DNA of 5,995 nucleotides from Octopus sinensis (GCF_006345805.1 NW_021829473.1:1-5995); one strand, 5' to 3'; positions 1 through 5,760 are shown, counted from the stretch's first letter. The notes: generated by a model from the letters alone, not told the origin. Numbers and translations: made by a program.

Positions 1-68
1 CTGCCTGGAACCGATCTCGGAATCTTGGGGTTAGTAGCCCGCGCTCTTAGCCACTACGCCGTATGCCC
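1..68 (-). mobile_element. tRNA-derived SINE head, running off the left edge of the window
   Basis: The reverse complement reads GGGCATACGGCGTAGTGGCTAAGAGCGCGGGCTACTAACCCCAAGATTCCGAGATCGGTTCCAGGCAG. It has an A-box-like CGGCGTAGTGG (61-51) and a degenerate B box GATCGGTTCC (16-7) at tRNA spacing. The B box is too degenerate for a functional tRNA gene. Confidence 0.7.
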
Positions 69-105
69 GTGTTAACAACAAACACGATGAGGACATAAAT
101 CCGTT

Positions 106-130
106 TAATGTAAATAATGTAAATAATGTA
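106..130 (+). repeat. Short tandem repeat (TAATGTAAA)x2.8, possibly a retroposon 3' tail
   Basis: TAATGTAAA TAATGTAAA TAATGTA is seen directly. The tail interpretation is inference. Confidence 0.6.
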
Positions 131-229
131 CTGATATAATTTCTTTGGAATAAAAAAGACAAGTCATATATACTTATAGACTTTAATTGCCATGCGGAGG
201 TGACCATCTGTTCGAAAATCAAGTATGTA

Positions 230-390
230 GGCGCAGGCGTGGGTGGATGGAATGTAGCTTGTTTCCTGACCACCTGTTTCCCGGTTCAAACTGCGTGGCA
301 CCTTGAGCAAGTGCTTTCTACTATAGCCTCGGGCCGACCAAAGCCTTGTGAATGGATTTGGTAGACGGAAACTGAAAGAAGCCCGTCGTA

Positions 391-424
<34 letters not shown>

Positions 425-646
425 AGCGTGTGTGTGTTTGTGTGTCTGTGTTGGTCCCCCTAGTATTGCTTGACAACCGATGCTAGTGTGTTTATGTCCC
501 CGTTACTTAGCGGTTCGGCAAAATAGACCGATAGAATAAGTACTGGGCTTACAAAAGAATAAGTCCCGGGGTCGAGTTGCTCGATTAAAGGCGGTGCTCC
601 AGCATGGCCGCAGTCAAATGACTGAAACAAGTAAAAGAGTAAAGAG
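230..646 (+). mobile_element. tRNA-derived, CORE-like SINE with internal microsatellite (family A, copy 1)
   Basis: Colinear with 5114-5605. It shows head GGCGCAGGCGTGG, CORE-like CCTTGAGCAAGTG (301-313), GAAGCCCGTCG, internal (TA)n/(GT)n (389-450), body GTCCCCGTTACTTAGCGGTTCGGCAAAA, and 3' end CCAGCATGGCCGCAGTCAAATGACTGAAACAAGTAAAAGAGTAAAGAG. Confidence 0.85.
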
Positions 647-780
647 TATACATACACACACACACATACACACGCACACACGCACACATATATATATGCA
701 TATATGTATGTACGTATGTATGTATGTATGTATGTATGTATGTATGTATGTATGTATGTGTGTATATATCTATGTGTGTG
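647..780. repeat. Compound microsatellite (CA)n-(TA)n-(TATG)n-(TG)n
   Basis: Seen directly. It explains the low-complexity ORFs 460..822 and 594..851. Confidence 0.95.
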
Positions 781-998
781 TGACTTTGTGTCTGTGCTTA
801 TCCCCACACCATCGCTCGACAATCGATGTTGGTGTGTTTATGTCCCCGTAACTTAGCAGTTCGACAAAAGAGAACGATAGAATAAGTACTAGGCTTATAA
901 AGAATAAATACTTGGGTCGATTTTTTTCAACTAAAGTCCTTTAAGGCGGTACTCCAGCATGGCCGTAGTCACGTGACTGAAACAAGTGAAACAAAATA
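775..998 (+). mobile_element. Headless 3' half of SINE family A (copy 2)
   Basis: Aligns to 440-646 and 5385-5600, including GTGTTTATGTCCCCGTAACTTAGC, GATAGAATAAGTACTAGGCTTA and CCAGCATGGCCGTAGTCACGTGACTGAAACAAGT. No tRNA head lies directly upstream. Confidence 0.85.
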
Positions 999-1088
999 AG
1001 GTGAATATTTATGAACAACGTTTTCGAAACTCGCAGTTCCTCTTCATTTATACCAGTAGTTATTGGTGTTTATTGTTATGTTAGTAAA

Positions 1089-1245
1089 TCTATTGTATAA
1101 AACCGTTCTGTCTTTCTGTCTGTGTGTCTTCTAGGATCTCGGGCGTCCTCCATCCGATTGCGCTCAAATTTGATATGTAGATCCCGACGGTATTAGGCGT
1201 GTATATAAATTCGATTCCAGGTGAGAATGCGATCGGTAAAGCCGT
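1089..1245 (+). mobile_element. Possible 5' end of a non-autonomous Helitron-like element
   Basis: A|TC start (A1088, TC 1089-1090), then TCTATTGTATAAAA, a CTGT-type microsatellite, and CCGATT...AAATTTG. This motif order resembles Lep1-type Helitron 5' ends. I found no canonical hairpin plus CTRR 3' end. Confidence 0.3.
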
Positions 1246-1363
1246 TTTTGTCCTGCTTTTCTTCCGTCAACCTGTACATAACTGCACCTTCCATTTTTTA
1301 TTGTTTTTGTACTGTTATTTCTTCTAAGTTCAAGAACCTCATAGAAGCACCCCCCTCTAGCCA

Positions 1364-1423
1364 TCGTTATTGTTGCTATATTTGTTATTGCGGTTGTTTT
1401 TGTAATTGTTTTTGTTTTTGTTT
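1364..1423. repeat. Degenerate (GTT)n/(AAC)n trinucleotide repeat
   Basis: The sequence ATCGTTATTGTTGCTATATTTGTTATTGCGGTTGTTTTTGTAATTGTTTTTGTTTTTGTT has clear period-3 structure. Confidence 0.75.
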
Positions 1424-2044
1424 AGCTTCAACTTACCTTTGACATACCTGTATGCTTCCACACGATCAAACTTTCGGTATCCCGTCCTTCATGCAACCGT
1501 GATGAAATGCAGGTTATTTCTAGCAACTTCATTGATCACATAGAGGCAGGTTTCTTTCCTGCCAAGCTTACTGTTTAAATCATGCTTATGTTTTCCCAGT
1601 CCACAGCCTTATCATTACTGGTACTTTAAACTCTTCGGTTGCATATTTGTGTGAATAAAATCGTTTTTCTTTGGAATAGAAAAAAAGTCTATCGTTATTT
1701 CTTCTTTTGCTTGTGTCTCAAATTTAGGTCAAAACAGTGTTTGAGACAGTCGGACAAGTCGTTTTCAGAAATTTTGGTTTAAATGTTTGACAACTCAGTA
1801 CCATCCATTGGACGGGGGCTGTTTTGCTCGTAAATGAATAAGCGACAATCTGTAGAGGTTAGGATTTTCACGCAAAGGAAAATACCGGCCAACATGAACT
1901 TTACCGCTACGATCTGTAAGCGGACAGTAAAAATATAGAAGACGTTCCTAAGGTTTGAGTTAAAGTTGTTGTTATCCAAATTTCGATGATGGAGCTTTGT
2001 TTCTTTGCTAGAAACGATCTCGCTCCTTCTCGAAAGAATACTAA

Positions 2045-2045
<1 letters not shown>

Positions 2046-2103
<58 letters not shown>

Positions 2104-2176
2104 ACATAGGCACATACACACACATACACGTACGCAAGCAAGTACATACATATACACATACACGCGTGTGTGTGTG
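2046..2176. repeat. Perfect (AC)28 followed by degenerate CA repeats and a short (GT)n
   Basis: Seen directly. The perfect tract spans 2046-2101. Confidence 0.95.
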
Positions 2177-2517
2177 AAGGCAGCTGGCTCACTGGTTAGA
2201 CAGTCGGGCTCACAATCATGAGGTAGTGAGTTCGATTCCCGGACCGGGCTGCGTGTTGTGTTCTTGAGCAAGACAACGCCGCTCCAGCTCACCCAGCTGT
2301 AGAAGTGAGTTGCAACGTCAATGGTGCCAAGCTGTATCGGCCCCTTTGCCATTCCCTTGGAGAACATCGGTGGTGTGGAAAGGGGAGGCAGTTGTGCATG
2401 GGCGACTGTTGGTCTTCCATAAACAACCTTGCTTGGACTTGTGCCTCAGAGGGAAACTTTCTAGGTGCAATCCCATGGTCATTCATGAGCGAAGAGGGTC
2501 TTTAACCTTTTTCCTTT
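2177..2517 (+). mobile_element. tRNA-derived CORE-like SINE (family B), apparently full length
   Basis: A box TGGCTCACTGG (2185-2195) and B box GTTCGATTCC (2230-2239). These are followed by TTCTTGAGCAAGACA...CCCAGCTGTAGAAGTGAG, resembling the CORE domain of MIR-type SINEs (CTTGGGCAAGTCACTT...CATCTGTAAAATGGG). It ends in a short repeat tail TTTAACCTTTTTCCTTT. Confidence 0.8.
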
Positions 2518-2526
2518 ATATATATA

Positions 2527-2552
2527 CACTTGCGTCGGAAATTAATTAGCAC
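2527..2552 (+). repeat. Tc1 left terminal inverted repeat
   Basis: CACTTGCGTCGGAAATTAATTAGCAC. The inner 15 bp are identical to the reverse complement of the right TIR. Confidence 0.9.
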
Positions 2553-2632
2553 TTCTCAAATTTCTACATTTTCTTACATTTTCTTAATTTAATTAACTTA
2601 TTATCAGAAACGAACTCGTTTTTAATCAAAAA

Positions 2633-2638
2633 TTTATT
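2633..2638 (-). terminator. Candidate polyadenylation signal of the transposase gene
   Basis: AATAAA on the minus strand about 50 nt after the reconstructed stop (2687-2689). The AT-rich context makes a chance match possible. Confidence 0.45.
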
Positions 2639-2686
2639 AAAACATATCCCAGCACACCACATAATGTTATTAATCGTGAAATTTAG

Positions 2687-3679
2687 TCAATATCTTGTTG
2701 CTCCCTTTGGCAGCAATGACAGCTGCTACGCGGGTCGGCATGCTGTCTATGAGTGCCTGCAGGTACTGTGCAGGATGGCCCTCCATGCAGCAAGAAGTGC
2801 CCCAAACAGCTCGTGTCGGTTCCTGTATTGCTGCACATTCAAATCCCTACCCAATCGACTCCAGAGGTTCTCAATAGGGTTCAGGTCAGGTGACTGGCCA
2901 GCCAGTCCATGACTGTCACCCCATGGTCCTTGAAGAAACCGGTTGTGAGCTTGGCTGTGTGGGAAGGCGCGTTGTCCTGCTGGAGCACGTACTCCTCGCC
3001 ACCAAAGAGGTATCCCGTACTATCTCAACGTACTTTGCTGCGTTTATGTTGCCTTCGACGGCATAGAGCCGCCCAACACCACTGTAGCTGAACGCCCTTC
3101 ACACCATCAGACCACCCCACCATGCTTTATGGTGGGAGCAATGCAGTCTTTGTTGAAGCGCTCACCCCTGCGGCGTCGCACATGGACAGGCTTGTCATTG
3201 ACGAGACTGAATCGCGACTCGTCAGTGAACATCACTGTCCGCCACTGCTGCACGGTCCATGTCTTGTGGGCACGGGCCCAGAGCAGCCGCCTCTTCCGGT
3301 TTTGGGTTGTAAGGAGCAGCTTACGGGCGGCCCTACAGGATTTTAGACCAGCTTCCAGTAATCTGGTCTTGACGGTGGTTGTAGACAACTGCTTCCCTGT
3401 CATCTTTTGCATCTCCTCCGCCAGTTGCCGGCTCGTTGCCCTTCGGTTGTACAGTGACTTTCAGATCAGCATCCAGTCCTCCCGCTGGGTCGTCAGCCTC
3501 TTCCATCCCCTACCCTTTTTGTCAGCTGCTGATCTGGTTTCCTCGTATTTCTTAAATAAGCACTGAATTGTGCGCCTGGCTACATCAAGTTTTCTGGCTA
3601 TTGCAGCCTCCGACAGCTTCCCACGCCACGAGAGAGCCTCGTACCGTCTCTCCAAGGTCATGCGAGGTCTTGGGCCCAT
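2687..3679 (-). pseudogene. Tc1-like DD34E transposase pseudogene
   Basis: Reconstruction: MGPRPRMTLERR...SEAAIARKLDVARRTIQ (HTH)...MLI*KSLYNRRATSRQLA...VMFTDESRF...KHGG/GLMV*RAFSYSGVG...QQDNAPSHTA...W/GQSPDLNPIENLW...IDSMPTRVAAVIAAK/GATRY*. Catalytic codons are D 3221-3223, D 2974-2976 and E 2870-2872, with 34 residues between the second D and E after repairing a 1-bp deletion. In-frame stops lie at 3461-3463 and 3099-3101. Frameshifts lie near 3115, 3010, 2901, 2773 and 2703. Confidence 0.95.
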
Positions 3680-3806
3680 CTAGGAATGAACGATAAAAAC
3701 CAGTTATTTTCATTAAAACTATTCCTTTGAATAATGTTATGCTATAACAAAACTGCTATGAGTTATTATTCATTAAACAAAAAAGAAAGAAAGCAGAATT
3801 TCTCAC
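3680..3806 (-). other. Candidate 127-bp 5'-UTR intron of the transposase gene
   Basis: Donor AAG|GTGAGA (GT at 3806-3805) and an AT-rich body. Acceptor TTTTTATCGTTCATTCCTAG|ATG, with the AG (3681-3680) immediately before the start codon. Confidence 0.6.
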
Positions 3807-3838
3807 CTTATTTGATGTATAACAGAAAGTTTTGTGAA

Positions 3839-3854
3839 CCGGAAGTGACGTCAC
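3839..3854. promoter_or_regulatory. Overlapping ETS-CRE motif CCGGAAGTGACGTCAC, candidate transposase promoter
   Basis: Exact ETS core CCGGAAGT overlapping the palindromic CRE GTGACGTCAC, about 30 nt upstream of the candidate splice donor. Confidence 0.55.
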
Positions 3855-4144
3855 CAAGCAGAGTGTAGGAGAATTTGTGAGGAAAAAAAAAATCTTGCAA
3901 ATACACAAATCAATTAACCTACGAGCTGTTCAAAACGTCTTACGCGATGAGAAAACTTAGTACGGTGTGATTTCGGTCCTTGCAAGGCGCTACCTATATC
4001 TATTAAACAAAGGAAGATTTGTCTGCATCTGCTGTTGCACTATGTCAACATCATAAGGCTGTAGACTCTCAAACCGCTCTGCAAACAAAGTTACGTCATC
4101 GTTCTGTGCAACAGTGAACTGCAACAAAGCAATAGTTCGAGATA

Positions 4145-4163
4145 TGGCCACTAGGTGACAGCA
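4145..4163 (+). promoter_or_regulatory. CTCF-like motif near the Tc1 right end
   Basis: TGGCCACTAGGTGACAGCA compared with the CTCF core CCACYAGRKGGCRS. There is one mismatch, at a well-conserved G. Confidence 0.3.
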
Positions 4164-4191
4164 AATACCGTGAGTGAAGAGCAAATCAAGG

Positions 4192-4217
4192 GTGCTAATT
4201 AATTTCTGACAGTAGTG
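4192..4217 (-). repeat. Tc1 right terminal inverted repeat
   Basis: The reverse complement is CACTACTGTCAGAAATTAATTAGCAC, with 4 mismatches to the left TIR. Confidence 0.9.
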
Positions 4218-4351
4218 TATATATATAATAGTATATATAGTATTATTATATATATTATAGAAGGATGTGTGTATAAAATAAATATTATATATATAAACAT
4301 ACATACATACATATATGCACATACATATATAGTATATTACACATGCATATA
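4218..4351. repeat. AT-rich degenerate (TA)n/(TACA)n low-complexity tract
   Basis: Seen directly, immediately outside the right TIR. Confidence 0.9.
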
Positions 4352-4496
4352 TGGTACAGGATGTCATAAAAGGTAAACACTTGAAATACGAAATACGAAA
4401 ACATGGAATACGAACTTTTTTGCGAAAAACAACTGAAAAAACAAATGGAAAACAAGACAAGTAACATGTAGAACGACCCTTCATCAGTTGTCGGCT

Positions 4497-4502
4497 TATA
4501 TA

Positions 4503-4545
<43 letters not shown>

Positions 4546-4644
4546 GTATGTATGTATGTATGTATGTATGTATGTATGTATGTATATATATTATATTATA
4601 TTATATTATATATATATATATAGCGAGAGAGAGAGAGAGAGAGA
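4497..4644. repeat. Compound microsatellite (TA)n-(TATG)n-(TA)n-(GA)n
   Basis: Seen directly. The (GA)n part spans 4625-4644. Confidence 0.95.
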
Positions 4645-4712
4645 AACAGACAGGAAGAAATACAGGTATATCATATATCATACAACAAAGATTCCTTGTT
4701 TATTAAAATTAC

Positions 4713-4802
4713 CTCAGCCTTTGAGAGATATTCCATAATTACCATTTTGCAATGAACCAGCTCCTTACGAGAAGAAGAGACAATCTCAAGCTCAAGAATT
4801 CC
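4713..4802 (-). CDS. Candidate internal coding exon (phase 0-0, 30 codons) of an unidentified host gene
   Basis: Pyrimidine tract TTTTCTTTTTCTC (4834-4822), then the first downstream AG (CTTTAG|G), a 90-bp body, and donor GAG|GTAATT. Only the phase-0 frame is open: GILELEIVSSSRKELVHCKMVIMEYLSKAE. The other two frames contain stops. I do not recognise the protein. Confidence 0.5.
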
Positions 4803-5005
4803 CTAAAGTTCATTTGTAATTGAGAAAAAGAAAACGCTTATTATCTAAAGATAAAAAGACAGCCTAAAGGACACTTGTTTCTGCCTCAGAATGGCCACAG
4901 CCATGTATGTGAATAACATAGACAAATACAGATATATCAAATACTACCTGGTGTTCATCCTGGTGTTTCATCCTGTATCATCTCAATATAACAAGAAATT
5001 TTATC

Positions 5006-5058
5006 GTGTCCCAGAATGGCTGCAGTCCAATGACTGAAGCAAGTACAATTAAAAAGAC
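5006..5058 (+). mobile_element. Short, diverged 3'-terminal fragment of SINE family A
   Basis: GTGTCCCAGAATGGCTGCAGTCCAATGACTGAAGCAAGTA matches GTGCTCCAGCATGGCCGCAGTCAAATGACTGAAACAAGTA of copy 1. Confidence 0.75.
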
Positions 5059-5063
5059 AAACA

Positions 5064-5110
5064 ATATATATTATAATATATATTATATATATATAATTAT
5101 ATTATATTAT
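5064..5110. repeat. AT-only low-complexity tract
   Basis: Seen directly. Confidence 0.9.
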
Positions 5111-5113
5111 AAA

Positions 5114-5280
5114 CAGGCGTGGGCTGTGTGATAAGAAACTTGATTCCCAAACACATGGTTCTGGGTTCAGTCCCACTGCGTGGACCCTTGAGCAAGTGTC
5201 TTCTAATATAGATCCGGGCCTACCAAAGCCTTGCGAGCAGATTTGATAGACGGGAACTGAATTAAGCCCGTCGTATATAC

Positions 5281-5332
<52 letters not shown>

Positions 5333-5605
5333 TGTGTGTGTGCGTGTGTGTGCGTGTACGTATGCATTTATGCGTATGTGCTTTTGTGTCTGTTTTTGTC
5401 CCCCACCATTGCTTGATAACCGAGGCTGGTGTGTTTACGTCCCCGTAACTTAGCGGTTCGGCAAAAAGAGAGCGAGAGAATAAGTATAGGCTTACATAGA
5501 ACAATTCTAGGGGTTTACTTTTTCGACTAAAAGAAACCCTCAAGCCGGTGCTCCAGCATGGCCGCAATCAAATGACTGAAACAAGTAAAAGAATGAAAAA
5601 AGAAT
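5114..5605 (+). mobile_element. SINE family A, near full length (copy 3), with internal (TA)/(GT)n microsatellite
   Basis: B-box-like GGTTCAGTCCC (5164-5174) and CORE-like CCTTGAGCAAGTGTCTT (5186-5202). An internal microsatellite spans about 5273-5385. Body and 3' end are colinear with copies 1 and 2. Confidence 0.85.
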
Positions 5606-5700
5606 AAATATATATATATAGTGTACATTTAAACACAATAGAAACAACCTTTAACAGGTAATTTTACACGCTAGAACAAGGAGTCAAAACGACCAAAACC

Positions 5701-5716
5701 ACACACACACATAATA

Positions 5717-5760
<44 letters not shown>
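5701..5760. repeat. (AC)n-(TA)n microsatellite
   Basis: Seen directly. Confidence 0.95.

Larger units (their letters stand above)
2527..4217 (-). mobile_element. Tc1/mariner superfamily DNA transposon, Tc1 (DD34E) family, full length 1691 bp, disrupted
   Basis: Bounded by TIRs matching at 22/26 positions, with TA on both sides (2525-2526, 4218-4219). It contains a recognisable Tc1 transposase. Confidence 0.95.

Noticed and set aside
460-851. ORFs 460..822 (-) and 594..851 (+), and likewise 1779..2192, 1907..2137, 1986..2177, 2041..2367, 4285..4467, 4488..4706, 4544..4738 and 5262..5567
   Set aside because: They stay open because they run through stop-poor microsatellites (HT, CV, YI and MYVC repeats) and SINE sequence.
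1135-1220. Plus-strand exon-like segment with a good acceptor (TCTTCTAG|G) and donor (CAG|GTGAGA)
   Set aside because: All three frames contain stops, it lies on the strand opposite the inferred host gene, and its pyrimidine tract is a CTGT-type microsatellite. A non-coding exon is not excluded.
1357-1425. Transmembrane-like peptide LAIVIVAIFVIAVVFVIVFVFV (+), or Asn-rich peptide (-)
   Set aside because: Both are translations of the degenerate (GTT)n repeat and are flanked by stops.
2177-2250. Genuine tRNA gene (also considered for 1-68 and 5114-5180)
   Set aside because: Stems do not pair properly, and the boxes continue into SINE bodies rather than a T-run terminator.
2553-2686. IR/DR (Sleeping Beauty-type) long terminal structure
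   Set aside because: Similarity between the ends stops after 26 bp, and I saw no inner direct repeats.
2664-3566. Plus-strand ORFs over the transposase (2664..2912, 2695..2877, 2909..3091, 3122..3346, 3129..3566)
   Set aside because: These are antisense shadows of a GC-rich coding sequence. The recognisable Tc1 motifs are all on the minus strand.
4481-4487. Hammerhead ribozyme core CTGATGA on the minus strand
   Set aside because: No stem II followed by GAAA and no cleavage-site helix is present nearby.
4884-4908. Possible fifth SINE family A 3' fragment (CAGAATGGCCACAGCC)
   Set aside because: The match is too short and lacks the GACTGAAACAAG arm.
4947-4975. Short tandem CCTGGTGTTCAT / CCTGGTGTTTCAT / CCTG and a nearby donor-like CAG|GTAGTA (-)
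   Set aside because: This is an ordinary local duplication, and no adequate acceptor defines an exon.
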